Assembly: GCA_965112155.1 (NCBI GenBank)
Contig: OZ218101.1
DNA length: 64,000 nucleotides
From: Podarcis liolepis
Lineage: Eukaryota
Reading direction: 5' to 3' (one strand)
The position numbers and the translations under genes were made by a program. Below the pieces are notes generated by a model. It was not told the DNA's origin, made no database searches, and worked only from the letters and a program-made list of their open reading frames with translations. The stretch's first letter is position 1. Each line of letters opens with the position of its first letter. Shown piece by piece: positions 33,001 to 47,457 of this stretch.

Positions 33001-36000
33001 TTAGTTGTTCAACATCTTCTGTTATTACTCAGAACAAAAGATAAAGCCATCATTAAAATGTACTGCTTTCCTTAAAAATGAGCACTGCTTTTTTATTTAT
33101 CTATTACCCTTTGGAAACAAAATAATCACTTGTTTGCTGTTTAAATAGATGTACTTCAAAAGCAGTACCATATGTTAATGTGGTTTTACATCTATTTTGC
33201 AAGGTACAAATGCTGTTTGTTTAGCTTCAGGTGGCTGTGTTGCATAAACAGTCTTTGAAATAAGACCTTTCAAGCTAAATTTAATCAAATACATTGTTTC
33301 GTTTTTAAAAAAGAACCTTATTAAGTGCTGCTTTCCGATTTATGATATAAATAACAATACTCAAGGACTGACGTCGGGCAAATATATGCATATGTCTTCC
33401 ATAGAGAAGATGCATCTGTTAAGCAAAGTTTCCAGGATACAGCAAATCATAAAAGGAGACAGAGACAGCAATTACCCGTGTCATCCTTAACAGATGGGTC
33501 CCCCATGCTTTTTGTTTTATTTTAAATGTAACAATTCTTAATCTAGTACAACTAGATTCTAGTAGAACTAGATTCAACCAGCTTCAGTTGTCCACCATTA
33601 TTATTCTGGTTTCTTGGGATGTCTTCCACCCCAACACTTCAAGGTCAATTACATATATTGAATTTGAATTACTTGGATTCTGTTGATTTACAGTGCAGTC
33701 TTATTCAGTCCTCCATGGAAAAAAGTTGTGGAAGCAAGTTCAGTGGGGCTTACTACTAGGGAAGTGGGTACAGGATTGCCATCCTTACCATAAGCAGCAG
33801 TGCAGGTCTCAGCATTGCAACTCCCCCTCCAGCCCCACCTCTCCTGCACACAAACTACTCACTATGTAGATATTTTCTTCTTCACATATGCAGTACAATC
33901 CTAAACCTGCCTACTTTAAAGTCTCACTGAATTTGAAGCAGCTTCCTCGAGAGAAGATGGGCTTGGGATTGCACTCATGGTCTCCCAACAGCACAAGCTT
34001 AACATATAAACCACATTCATTTTTTTCTGTCAATCTCAGATATATAGAAACATTGCTGGTTTCATCAAAACTCTCTTTTTCTTCTCATAAAACCCCACTG
34101 GTGTTTTGTGCAAGCAGACATCTCCAAAGTCACCCAAAAATTGTTTGTTTGTTGTTAATATACCACCCTATACCCTATGCCCTATACTTTATGGCAATTA
34201 GGGATAACTGGAGGAGTTTGAACTTTGCAAATCTCACCAGATCTACATCTCTTTGATGAATGTGCAGAATGGAACTTAGCTGTCTATCAGCTTCTCCCAA
34301 TATTGTGGCACCTTTCTTAGCTCAAAATACATATAGAAGTGAATATTTTGGAGAGAGAAATATGTTTATAAAGGAATATTATTTTGAGTACTTGGTGGAA
34401 GAATTGGACTTTGCCAGGACAACTAGAAATCGCTTGAACTCGGTTGAAAAGTTCAAGTGTAAACCTCTGAGTAGGTAAGGGAGGATGTGACAGGGAGGAG
34501 CCTTGCAGGAGCCTCAGCAAGTGAGACCAGCAGTGCAGGAGAGAGACAAGCCCAGGTGGCACCAGGTCACTGCCATTCTCCATGACTGCTGCCTGAGGCA
34601 ATTTTCTCAGCTTGTTTCATGGAAGTGCCAGTCCCAAACAGGAGACTTATGGGTGAATGCATGGAAAAGTTACACGGACCAGAAAGAGACTGATTCGTCC
34701 ATCTCAAATGGTGGCTTTGTTTGAATCTTTTGCTGGAAACATTTCAATTATTTCATTTGCCATACTCATTCAAAAAAGTTTTGCATTGCAGTTGTTGTTC
34801 TGTGCCTTTGCAATCTCTTGGATTTGGCAAACTGTCACGGCCACTGTCCTTTGTGCTTTGGCTTTCGTTCTCCTTCCTGAATGTCAGCACTCCAGGATCC
34901 TCCCCGTCTTTTTTGCTTTGTTTTGTCAAAACGAGTTAGGGCCGACACGCACTTGAGGGCATAACCTCAACATGGTCTCATTGCATGGGCTATTTGTTTC
35001 TAATTTACTTGTAACTGATCTGACTACTTTAGCTTGCCTTCCTAATTATATTTAATTGAGATGTACCTCTAATACTTCTCAATAGTCCTAGGCATTTAAT
35101 TAAATGTTGCCCTCTTGAAGCATTAATCGGCTTACATACTAATTGTATCCTTGCTTTTTTATGCATGTGTGTGAGGCAACACAGGGCTGTATGATAATAA
35201 AATGATTATAACTTTGTGACAATAAAATATCGCAGTGGAGGCCTATATTAATTTTCTGAGGTGGCTCTTTGTTTACTAGATTTGAAGCTGTGGCAATTGC
35301 AAAATTTCCTCCAGCTAAAATCATCTGAATCACATCCTATTAATATTCTTGTGTCTTCTATAGTTCCAGAAGAATGGAAAAAAGCATCTGTAGCAAAGCA
35401 TGAATATGTACTTTGACAATCAGTATGAAATCTGCATTGAGAATGAGGAATAGTACTTGAAACAAAGGGATTTGGCCTTCTCTCAAATCCAAGGTTGCAT
35501 TGTTGTGCTGTTTAGGTTTACATTCACAAAATACAGTAAACTCACAACAAACATGTGAGGTTACTTTTTGGGGATCGCACCTAAAGCCAAAACCATGTAC
35601 AGTAAAACCATATTAGGCGCAATGGTGGGTGGAAATGCCACAATCTTTTCCCCTGGATGCCTGTATCCTTTCCACCCTGCTCTTTCCCCCAAGTGTGTAA
35701 AGCTGATTGTGCACGAGATGTGGACTTACTGCACACATCAATTCTATCGTGTTTGCTTCAACATGACATATGCTCAGGCCATAAACTATTGCAGTTCTCT
35801 GTACATATTGAAGACCCATTGAAATCAGTAGGGCTAGCAGCCTCCTGGATTGTGGTCCCTGAGTATCTATAACTTACAAGCCTGACCAAGCAGGCTTTTC
35901 TTTGAGTTGAGAATCTACAGCTCGAATTTACTCCCTGCTTTATAATGTATTGGCAGGGAGTAAATTAAAATATATTCATTGCTGATAGACACCACCTAAA

Positions 36001-36407
36001 TCTCCACCTTGACCCTTGTTTGCACTTCACTCCTTTGGGGTCTGGTTCAGCTAATGATGAGATAAAAGAAGTAAAGGAATTTTGTGGTGCCTGTTATCAT
36101 TTTCTTAGTTCAAATTTAACAGGAACATCAAAGCGAAAAAGGATGACATGCTGAAGTGCACTGTGTCAAATTAAACAATATAAACACATTCAGCTCTTTT
36201 CTGTCTACATGCAGAAAAACGGGAAAATGGTAATGGGATCAGGTGGATCTGGATGGATGAGGCATGTAGAGTAAGCACTGTCCATATTATCCAATGAGAG
36301 CTCAGCAGTACTACCGTACTTATTCCTGCACTAACAAGAGAAACACGCAGTGTAGGCTCCTTGTGCATGATAAATGACCACCAGGGATTTGCTGGACTCC
36401 CCCCCCA

Positions 36408-36787
36408 TTTTTTTTATTGATTTTCCAAATTTATAACAAACATAAACCAACAAACACAAATCCTAACTGTAATAATTCCACTTTTGTTAACACTATTAAG
36501 TGACTTCCTCGAATCTCTCTGGCTGAGTTTCAATGTATATCATTGTAACAGTTTTCCAAAAGTAATTTCTCATAAAATTTACTTAGTCGAGTAACATCTT
36601 TCTTTCTTTTCATATTAACTTTAAACATATTATCCTATAACATTACATATTTAAATCCTAAACCAATCTGGTACTTGCAAGTATTTCTATTTAAGTTATC
36701 TTAGCATATTTAGCTAAATATTCTTTAAATTTCATCCATTCCTCTTGGTACTCCTCCTCCTTCTGGTTGTGGACTCTTCCGGTCAGG
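36408..36787 (-). mobile_element. L1-type LINE 3' end
   Basis: Minus frame LTGRVHNQKEEEYQEEWMKFKEYLAKYAKIT*, then a 3' UTR, AATAAA and poly(A). Homologous to the peptide at 51638-51807. Abuts (TG)n. Confidence 0.75.
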
Positions 36788-36841
<54 letters not shown>

Positions 36842-36927
36842 TGCTTTGCTTGAGCAACCAAAGCCACTTTCAAATACACATGTGTACTCACTAACAATAT
36901 TTAAATCACGCTAAGTGTGATAAACAT

Positions 36928-37251
36928 GGGACACGAGTCTAAACCACAGAGCCTAGGACTTGCCGATCAGAAGGTCGGCGGTTTGAATCCCCGCGACAGG
37001 GTGAGCTCCTGTTGCTTGGTCCCTGCTCCTGCTAACCTAGCAGTTTGAAAGCACGTCAAAGTGCAAGTAGATAAATAGGTACTGCTCCGGCGGGAAGGTA
37101 AACAGCATTTCCATGCGCTGCTCTGGTTCACCAGTAGCAGCTTAGTCATGCTGGCCACCAGCTCCCTCGGCCAGTAAAGCAAGATGAGCACCATGACCCC
37201 AGAGTCGTCCGTGACTGGACCTAATAGTCAGGGGTCCCTTTACCTTTACCT
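36928..37251 (+). mobile_element. Sauria SINE
   Basis: tRNA-like head with B-box GGTTTGAATCCCC, body GCACGTCAAAGTGCAAGTAGATAAATAGGTAC, (ACCTTT)n tail. Confidence 0.9.
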
Positions 37252-40200
37252 AAGGGTTACAACTACCCTAACCAGATACTCCTCTGTACCTGCTAACTTG
37301 CTTTCCAGCTCAGTTTAAAAGTGAGGTTTATATTGTTATCATCATCATCACCATCATTAATTTTTATTAAAAGATTTTCATGGCTAAGAAAAGCACCTTT
37401 TCTTGTCATTGTTATAAAGAAAGGTCATCTACCAATCTAAGTAGCTTCCAATAAATAAATAAATGTGCTCCCTTGACTCAGCACTTTTCAGAATAAATTT
37501 TCACACTACCGGTTAAAATTGGTCTCCTCCAATTAGTCAGCTAAGATATTGGTTGCCTAATCTAGTGATTAAAGCATGGAGCTCTGCTAATTCTTCAGAG
37601 TCAAGTTGGACAAGAGCTATTCTGTTAAGAATGCAAAAGGGTTAGCATGCAATATGCTTTGTTCCTATTCCTACCTCACCCCATTATTGTGTTATGAAAA
37701 TAGTCTCAGCTATTTCTTGATAGTCACAACGTCCCATAAGTTATGTGATGCTCATGGTGGAGCCACCTTTGCGCCTGTGCCGCCCCCCGCCTGCTCTCTC
37801 CCTCCCTTGCCCATACTTCCACTTGCTTTTAAATTCAGGACGTATCTCCTTTACCCTATGGCAATCTTCCCAACCCTCCATGGTGCAGCCCCCATTATTC
37901 TTTCCAGCTGTCTCCACACAGTTATCCTTGCACCATAATTGCTTTTAAGATCACAGTGCCAATAGCCCAAATTCAGCTGGTAAGCAGCGGAATAACGTGA
38001 CAGTCTCAGAGGCTACTTGCAAGGTCAATGACACTCCCTATAGAGGTTTCCAAGAAAAGTAGCTGAGCACACACAAACGCAGGCAGCTCATTATATCAGC
38101 CAACACAAAAACAGGCATGGCATTTTTAGAGTTCCCATTGTCAAACACTGAAAATCCACAATGGTGTCCTTACTTCTGACCAGGAAATTGAGTTATCTGC
38201 GCATGTGTTTTATATATAGCTGTATAAATATAACAATTTAAAGACAAACACACACACACCTCATTTTAAAGTTTTTTTTAATTGTATATGTGTATGCAGA
38301 ATATACCATTTTAGAATTGTATTCTAAAAGTGTAGAAATTTTAGGATTATGGTGTTGCTTGCCATTGTGAACAATATCAGAGAGTTAAGCATAGAAAGTT
38401 TGTCACGTTAGTGAAGAAAGTTTCATTTTTTCCAATATTCAACTTTTCTGAAGCTTGAGCGAACATGAGGTAGCATTACATCTGATGTTAAACCAGTTAA
38501 TGGCTAATGGAATATAGCCATTGCCCATTGGTTTGGATGGTCTCCTCCTGTGAGCAGAAGGAGAAATTAATAAGTGCTGTTTTGTTAACTATTCTCACCT
38601 CACATCTCACAGTGCAGGGGTTGTATTGCAAAACCCACCTAAGCTTCATTTCAGGATGGTGAGAGAATCATAGAATAACTGTAGAACTGGAAAGGGACTA
38701 ACCCACTGCAATGCAGGAATATGAAGCTGTCTTATATGGGAATGTTGAAGGAAGAGAAGGACTGGGGATAAAATGAGGTGGATACGAGTTATGGAAGGAC
38801 ATTCATGAAGCAGACCTCTGGCAAGAGTAATTTGTGCCTCCCCTTGCAGCAGCAAGGAGGGAGGGAGAGGGAGGGCAATGTTCTTCATCTAAGTTGGAAA
38901 CGGCCCTTTCATGAGGAAATAAGACTTTTCACGAGAGGAAGGGCACACTTTGGGAATTTAATCTATTGGTTTAAGGGGGAAGGGTGATAAAAGCATGCTT
39001 AAAACTCTCACCATTGAAATTTATGGAACGTATAAGTCCGTAATTCTGTCCATTATTTTGTATGCCATGGTATGATATGACATGATTAATGTAATTTATG
39101 TAATCTGCTACAGGATGACTGAAGAATGGAGTAAAAATTATACTGTGGATGCTGTGGATGTGTGTGTGTGTGAGAGAGAAACCCTATCAGAAGTCTAATT
39201 GTAGCCAGGTAATGGATACACTTTAATTTGCAGTTAGCTATGAGGCTGTGTATAATGCAAGGACATATCATTTTGTCCTTTGTTTGTGTCTCTTGCCCTA
39301 TATAGAAATGATGATGATGATGATGATAACAGGAAGGGTTTATTTTATAAACTCAAGAAAATGTATACTATCTTAACAATGCAGCCCTATGCATGTCTAT
39401 TCTCAGGTAAGTGGATGTAGGATTGCATCCTTAGATTTTTTTTTGTAAAGCATTGGGCATGATCTATCTTCCTGAAAGCAGGAGCTGTGAGATACATTTA
39501 AACATGATGTTATCTGGTGCCTTTGAAAATGTCAACTATTTGGGGTCATTGAACTACCAGCTGCTAATTGATTTTTTAAAATACTGTGCAGAATGTATAT
39601 CTGAATTTTAAAAAGTAGGCATTTAAGTTGAAATATTAAATAACACAAAGCTACTATAGTTTAGCTATTTTCACAGCAATGCAGCATGGAGAGAAATAAC
39701 CAGGTATTCTGCTTAGAAATATTTTCATGAAGACATTTCTGGCACTTGCTTGACAGTTACTCCTTGTTCTTCAAAAGGTCAACAGCCTTGCAGATTTGAT
39801 AGAAAGACAAAAGGCAATTAACTGCTAATCAATGAAAGGTCATTTCTTTCCTGATCTAGATTAGGTGCTTCATCAAAAAGTGTGGAAAAAATCAGAGGAT
39901 CATCACTGATGGTATTGACAGCAAGAATACACATTGCTTGCTTATATTTATTCTCAGTGGCCTCAAGTCAGGAAAAATTCTGACATCAGAAAATTAATTG
40001 TTCATTATATGTACACCTAAATCTTACAGCTGAAAATCAAAATATATTCAGTATATAATATATACTCTAGATTGCAGCCCATAACAAATGTGATAGCCTA
40101 ATTTCCCTAAGACCTCATGGGCATGATCCACTCTTTACTTCCTCTCAACATGTACCTTGTTGGAGTCTCTTAATACCAATCCTCCTCAGTCCCGACTTTT

Positions 40201-40379
40201 TTCAAGTTTAATTGTGATATTGTCAGGGCTAGCTCCTGTCAAGTTAAGGGAAGAGTGAGGCAAGGCACAGAGGCACAAATATAGAATAGGTAACAGCCGT
40301 ATATGTAAAAAGAGACCTAGGTTGGGTTTTTTAGTAAACCGTAAACTAAATAAGAATTATCAGTATAATCTGATGTCTA

Positions 40380-41200
40380 AAATGGCATCAGCAGAAGTCT
40401 AGTGTCCAGGAATTGTGCTACTTTATTCTGCTTTGGTGAGATCTCACTATGTCCAATTCCCATCATCAGTTTAAGAAGGATATTGACAAAGTGTGGCATG
40501 TCTGGAGGAGGGCAGCAAAGATTGTGTATGATCTAGAATCATAGAATCATAGAATCACAGAGTTGGAATAGACCACAAGGGCCATCGAGTCCAACCCCCT
40601 GCCAAGCAGGAAACACCATCAGAGCACTCCTGACATATGGTTGTCAAGCCTCTGCTTAAAGACCTCCAAAGAAGGAGACTCCACCACACTCCTTGGCAGC
40701 AAATTCCCCTGTTGAACAGCTCTTACTGTCAGGAAGTTCTTCCTAATGTTTAGGTGGAATCTTCTTTCTTGTAGTTTGGATCCATTGCTCCGTGTCCGCT
40801 TCTCTGGAGCAGCAGAAAACAACCTTTCTCCCTCCTCTATGTGACATCCTTTTATATATTTGAACATGGCTATCATATCACCCCTTTACCTCCTCTTCTC
40901 CAGGCTAAACATGCCCAGCTCCCTTAGCTGTTCCTCATAAGGCATCGTTTCCAGGCCTTTGACCATTTTGGTTGCCCTCCTCTGGACACGTTCCAGTTTG
41001 TCAGTGTCTTTCTTGAACTGTGGTGCCCAGTTCTGGGAGCCAAGTTCTATGAGGTAGGCTGGAGCTGGGTATGTTGAGCCTGGAGTGGAGAAGAGATGGC
41101 AGGAAATGGGTTTAAAATCCACTAAGGGATTTGGAGTAAACATCAGGGAGAACTTCCCAACAGTAAGAGCTGTCTGCCAGTGAAACACACGGCATTAATG
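40380..41200 (+). mobile_element. Old CR1 fragment interrupted by a younger, oppositely oriented CR1
   Basis: TTTAAGAAGGATATTGACAAA...GGAGGGCAGCAAAG before 40533 continues with CCAAGTTCTATGAGG...GAACTTCCCAACAGTAAGAGCTG after 41036. Confidence 0.65.
40533..41036 (-). mobile_element. CR1 LINE 3' end
   Basis: [27 protein letters not shown] and FKYIKGCH...RFHLNIRKNFLTVRAV...LEVFKQRLD, with the (ATTCTATG)n tail. Confidence 0.93.
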
Positions 41201-41510
41201 GTGAAGGAATGGGTTTCCCAAACCCAAAACTGACTGTGCAGTCAGTCTGAAACGGGCCCCCAAAATCCATATTTTTTTCCTCCTCCAAGGGAGCATTTCT
41301 AAAATGCATAAGCTTGAGCTTTTGAGTTAATGTATAAACAGAAAGCCAGCTGTATAAACAAGTGCTCAAAGCTCCCTCCCTTATCAGTCCGTGATGCAAG
41401 GGATGGCCTTTGCAGTTCCAGAGTGCAGCAGGGATGAGATGTCTGGGTCTTATCTTACGTCCTGACTACAATGATGCACAGACCTTGTCCAGGAACAGCG
41501 CCAGGAGCGC

Positions 41511-41843
41511 TGTTAGAGTTGGTAACCTCTTGCTCCAAGATAAGAGTATGGTCAAAGAGTGCAGGAACAGGAACACCCTTTTATGGTTAAGAGTACCGGC
41601 AGGAACATCTGTGATGTCAACTTACGTGTATAAGCTGATGGGGCTGGATTCCTGGGGAAGGAGGGAGAGGGTGCCTGGAGGATATATATACTGCATGAAA
41701 TTTCTCATTTCTTTGGACTTGCTGTGAACTGACCACGCAAGTGCCTTCTGCTATCCGGAGAGCAGAATAAACTCTTTCTCTGAATCAACCTCGGTGTCAG
41801 TTGACTTCCTTTCTCCCTCCCGGGAGCAACACAGACCCCACCA
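41511..41843 (+). mobile_element. Probable solo LTR
   Basis: Starts TGTTAG; TATA box (GGATATATATA, ~41680); AATAAA (~41766); CA-ending candidates at 41831-41843. No clear TSD. Confidence 0.5.
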
Positions 41844-44596
41844 GTCGGTATAGTCTAATAAGGCTACAATAGGTTGTGGACTTCTCTTCACCTGTACTTG
41901 ATGTGCTGCAAGAAAACGTCAGTAAAGCAGAATCTCTATGTGAATTTGGATGCTCCTGCTGAGGCATCTCTTTGGAAGAAGTAGACCAAGTCACCTCAGG
42001 CCAGTTCATCACTGAGCTGTTCTTAACAGGGCACATTTGCAAGATTTCAAAAGACTGGCACAATTTGGATCGCAATATCAGGAAGTGAAAGAGAAACTCA
42101 ATTTCTCTTACAAACATGAACTAACCATCCAAAGTAGGTTTGAACGTGACTGATGCATTTGAGAACTTAACCACCTCTGCATAACCACGATTGTATAAGT
42201 AAGACATTCAGAGAGGCCCTAAGTTTCCTGGAACAAAAATAATAATCACTGACTCAGTTGTGTCACCTTCTGGACTGCATGTATACACTGCTAATAGTTC
42301 TGCCTTATAGGCTGGGAATTTTCCCTGTTTCAGCGATGTAAATGTTCAGCAAAATATATTTCACTTCTCTAGCTTCAAAGCAATAACTCCTGGAAGCAAA
42401 CCTCATTGATTTCAATGCAATTTCTTGCATGTATTTTAATATTTTGTTGGAAGCTGCCCAGAGTGGCTGGGGAAACCCAGCCAGATGGGCAGGGTATAAA
42501 TAATAAATTATTGTTATGATGATACTGATGATGCTGATGTAAGCATTGTTAGGACTATAAAATGCTTCTTAATTTCCCTCCACCTCCAGAAATCATTTTA
42601 ACAAAGAGGAGAACCAGATTGTGTTACTACTGCAATGAGGACAACAGCTAGTATGTTTCCAACAACTATCACTCCAATCTGGAAGTAGTCTTATGTTTGA
42701 ATCCCTGGCTGGGTGAAGAACATGTGCATGAATCAATGTTACAAATGGCCAGTGCTTTTCTTCTAGAAAAAAAGGTGCCAGTGCTGCAGACTCTTGAGTA
42801 CCCCCAGAAAAAAAACACTGCTCATGGAATACCTCTTCCTGATTTCAGTTGTTTTGGCTGGGCTTGAGGAACCCTTTAAGAAGCTGGAATCCTGAGATAG
42901 GAATGGAGAGGAGCAGAAGCAGCCCATGGAGTGGAGAGTGGCGTCACTATGGCTTTCTGCGATGGGGCACAGGGGAAAGGCAGGACAGGGTGCAAGCATG
43001 TTTGAGACTGTGTGAGTGTACCAGTGGGGCCAATGCAGTGCTCCCACTGATGTGTTCTCCCTTGCTGCTACTCTGCCCCACCCAATCTAGGTAAGTGGCA
43101 GTGACATCCTTGCGGGGATGGAGGCACTGCAGCAGTGTTCCTCTTCACCAGCCACTTCTGGAAAGGAGTTGTGCTGGGTTCAATATTCATTTGCTCTTCC
43201 CCACCAAACAGCTGCTCAAATTTCAGCTTTTCTAAATAGCCAGCACATGTTCAGTCCTGATTGTTCTGCACAAGCAGAACCCATATGCTGGATAGCTGAT
43301 GGCCGCAGATCATCATAGCAATGGTAAGATTTACACCAGGCATCCCATGTGTTGCAAGTGTTTCACGTGTTATCTCAGTTGGCAGTCCTTTGAACAATCC
43401 TGTAAAGAAGCTGAATATTGCCACCACCATATTTCACAGAGTAGCTGGATTAGCAATACTCAGTAAGTCCCAAACTGAGTCAAGATTTGAACTGTGGGTT
43501 TCTCATCCTTAGCTGCTGATGCATACCATCTCTCCATAGCCATGTCAATGCTGAACATGTTGTGACTTATCAAATTATCAATGCCATCAAGTTTGCCAAT
43601 CTCCCTGCAGGTTGCAATACATTGATAGGTCATAAGTGGTGTAAACGCTTCAGTTTTCCTCCTTCGAATTCATAAGATTAAGATTGTCGGCATAAGAAGT
43701 TTAGCTAGTCTCTGAAAGAGATAATGCAATAAAGCCCAAGGAAATCATAGAATTGTAGATTTGGAATATTTAAACTCTATACATATACACTACAAGGGCA
43801 AACAGGGATTCAAAACTTTTCTAATACGCAATGTTGTGGAAGTATACCTTTAATTTCACTTCAATAAAAACTTATTAGGGATAGTAAAATATCGATCTAA
43901 CTGCTCAGATCCAATACATTTGAGACATAAATCAAGTTACCATATCATTATCTAAAAATTAAGTAGGTCATAAATGCATCACTTCTTTCCCAGAAATCTA
44001 AAAGGATGTTTTAAGTACTTCTAATTAGCAACTAGCTAGATAATTCCCGCTATAATAAAATAAATGCCTATTAACATGCTAATTTGGGGGCCATTAACTG
44101 ACATACAAATCAACCTGCTACAGTTATTTTGCTAAGCTCAAGTTAAGCCCCCAAACTCTTTGCAAGTTTAATGTATTTGTTAGGGTGTAGTAGCACATTT
44201 ATCGCATGTCATATTGGATTATGCACACACACTGAAATAACCCTCATATTACTTAACTGCATCAAGACACTATATTTTGGTGTACAATAATGTTTTAATT
44301 TAAATTAAATGACTGAATTAATTAACTGTTAAAGATTAATGCAGCCATGGAGTGTTACAGCGTTTATAGGCAAAATACATTCATAATCCCTCTTCTTGTA
44401 AATTCAGCCCCAGTTCTGCTCATATACTTACAATACTGTCATGTATATTTTAAATGTAGGACCAAGCTAGATTTTAATCTTAACAAATGTGTGGTCCCAT
44501 TTGCTGAGATAACAGGAAATGGAATGTGCACACTTGGGCTCATTGTTAAGGGAGGAGCATCATCAGGCAGGAGAGCAGGAGAGTGCTTAATGTCTA

Positions 44597-44641
<45 letters not shown>

Positions 44642-44869
44642 ATGTCTCTCCTGCAAATGGTTTCTTGCAACTGTCGACCCTGCTAATGTGCCATCTAGTC
44701 TCACTTCTGCCGGGAGGACCGTTGCAGCAGGAACTGACAGGTGGGGGTGGATTAAGGGCAAGTGCTGCTTCCCAGCTTAAGAAACTGTGCTACAAACCAG
44801 TTGTGGTTGGGAATACTGCCTAGGTACACTTTAAATCTCCCAGGTATAGCAGAGAGTTAGGATAAAGTA

Positions 44870-45172
44870 ATAGAATCATAGAATTGTTGGAAGGCACCCC
44901 AAGGATTATCTAGTCCAATCCTCTGTAATGCAGGAATCTCAGCTAAAGCAGCCAGGAAAGATAGCCATCCAACCTCTGCTTAAAAACCACCAAGGAATGA
45001 GAGCCTACCACCTTCTGAGGTCTTCCACTCCACTGTCAAACAGCTCTTATTGTCAGAAAGTTCTTCCCGATGTTTAGTTGGAATCTCCTTTCTTGTAACT
45101 TGAATCCATTGGTTCTGGTCCTTCCCTCTGGAGCAGGAGAAAACAAGCTTGCTCCATCTTCCATGGGACAGC
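44870..45172 (-). mobile_element. CR1 LINE 3' end
   Basis: ATAGAATCATAGAAT tail; sequence parallel to 40533-40850. Confidence 0.85.
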
Positions 45173-46209
45173 ATAACTTGGTAGAACTGTATTCTGGGGT
45201 GTCCTTTCATTACCCACGCCCAGCTTTTGGGATGGATGAACTTTAATCTGGACAAATCCATCAACGGTGCAGCCCTAAAATCACTTACTCTTGAACACAA
45301 AGCTACTCACTCTAGCAGATTTCCTCTGGGAACCATGTCCCACTAGACACCACAGTTAAACCTGATCCTGCTGAGGCTTTGATGGAACTGTACCCAAACA
45401 TTGCAATCTTATGCACAGCTGCTTGAAAGCATCTCCGCTGCTTTCAGTGGGATTCAGTTTTGAGTTTCTGAAAGTGGCTGTACTGGAGGCTTTCTATTTC
45501 ATACTGACCTTGTCCATCTGTCACCAGTACAAACATTTTCTCTCCACACCTTGTCAGTTTAGAAACCTGACTAATCTAACTGCTCGTGTTGAAAAAATGG
45601 ATGAGCTGAATGATATCTACGTCAAAGTAGGCAACCTCTTTGACTGAACGTTTTCTTCTCACAGCTGCAATTGCCAGTTCCAACAAAACTTGAGTAAGAG
45701 CAAATATCTTTTGGAGAGTAAATATGTGGTGCTTTCTGTATAAAATAGTATAAAATACTATTTTATGGTAGGTATGTGTCTTCAAACAGCCCCTTTTGGG
45801 GGGGGATCAGGTGCTGATCTACCTATCCTGAAGGAGATGTGAGGAAATGGGGGTTGAAGAAGCACTGAGGGGTTAGGGTGGGGTGAGGTATGGAGTGGGG
45901 GGTAGGCAAGTGGGTGGGGGTAAGCAGGCTGGTGAGAAAATGCAAGCAGTGGCAGTAGCCCTTAGTTGCACATACAAATAACTTATTTTATATGTATTCA
46001 CATTTACCTCAGAACGTGCATCTTATTAAAAGCAACGAAGCAGAAAGATTAGACAAGTCTACATTCAGAAGTGCATTTGTATGTACTTTCCATTCTAAGC
46101 AGTAATAATCAGCATACACATTTGGAGCTGCATTCCAACGCGCTCTTGAAAATGCTCATAATTTGCAAGCCACATGACTTGAACGTGCACATAATTTACA
46201 ACAAATGAA

Positions 46210-46720
46210 CTGGTTGCTTCTGGGCCCAATTCAAGATGCTTGCATTAGTATTTAAAGCTCTAAATGACTTAGGTCTCACTATCTGAAAGATAAAAAAGGT
46301 CCTTCCAGTAGCACCTTAAAGACCAACTAAGTTAGTTCTTGGTATGAGCTTTCGTGTGCATGCACACTTCTTCAGATACCAAAGTGTGCATGCACACGAA
46401 AGCTCATACCAAGAACTAACTTAGTTGGTCTTTAAGGTGCTAATGGAAGGAACTTTTTTATTTTGACTATGGCAGACCAACACGGCTACCTATCTGTAAC
46501 TGTATCTGAAAGATAGCATCCTTTCCTACAAACCCACTTGGGTGTTATGATCGGGGGGCGGGGGACTCTTGGTCATTCTGCTGCCCTTGGAAGTTGGTAG
46601 GGATAGCATCTGGGGATGGGCTCCCACAACTATGGGCTCCCACAAAGGTGCAGCTGCCATCTTTGTTATATGGTTTTTCTAAGATGCTGAAGAAGTACCT
46701 TTTTATCCAGGCCTTTGGCC
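46210..46720 (+). mobile_element. Degraded L2 LINE fragment (host of the Penelope insertion)
   Basis: FWAQFKMLALVFKALNDLG-like peptide; parallels the L2 at 52350-53340. Confidence 0.6.
46293..46502. mobile_element. Penelope-like element: inverted terminal-repeat relic with 13-bp TSD
   Basis: ~77-bp inverted arms (46293-46369 and 46382-46459); GAAAGCTCATACC and AGACCAACACGGCTACC motifs; TSD TATCTGAAAGATA at 46280-46292 and 46503-46515. Confidence 0.85.
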
Positions 46721-47457
46721 CCTCAGGTATATTTACAAGACCTACCCTAAAGCTGTGATTTGTTTTAACAGATTATAATATTGTATTTTTGAATTATTGT
46801 GAACGTGCCCCAGCTCCTCATGGTGAAGAAACCTAAATTATAATAATATGAACCATACTTTATAAAATTAAGCATGTGAAAAAATACTCACCAGCATTTT
46901 GACTTATAATCAAGTCCACTGTTAATATAAATTATCAATATCTAGAGGGCACACTTTGTCAAGCCCTGGTCTATATAACTGGAAAAATTCATACAATTAC
47001 TGGTGAATGTGTGGACTTTTCTAGCACAGTGTGTCCTCTCTGCACCACTTCCAATCCCCCCCTGTGCCACTTCTTCAAGTGGGAATGCAATTCAGATTTT
47101 TGTATTTACACAGGGAAATCTCTTGTCAGATATGACCTAATGGGCATGGTGTGCAGATGTTCTCCTCTGCAAAGTAAATCCACTGGCAGGATAAAGTGGT
47201 CAACCAGTCATGCAGAGATCTGCAGACTAAACCTCCATGGTTCACACAAAGACTTATTTTGCGCAAGATGGAGAGATGGAAGCACAGGAAACATGAGGTT
47301 CTTGCACTTCTAATTATCTTTAGAACAGCCAAAGCTGATTTAAGTGAAATATTTGTTTGGGGATTGCAATATATCTTCATCTTCACTGTGATAGATCACT
47401 TTCCATTAAGGATGGAGTATAAATTCAATTCAGCATGTAGTTAAAGTTTAATCTATC

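Noticed and set aside
36960-37000. B-box and tRNA-like sequence as a tRNA gene
   Set aside because: It is the tRNA-derived head of a Sauria SINE; no cloverleaf.
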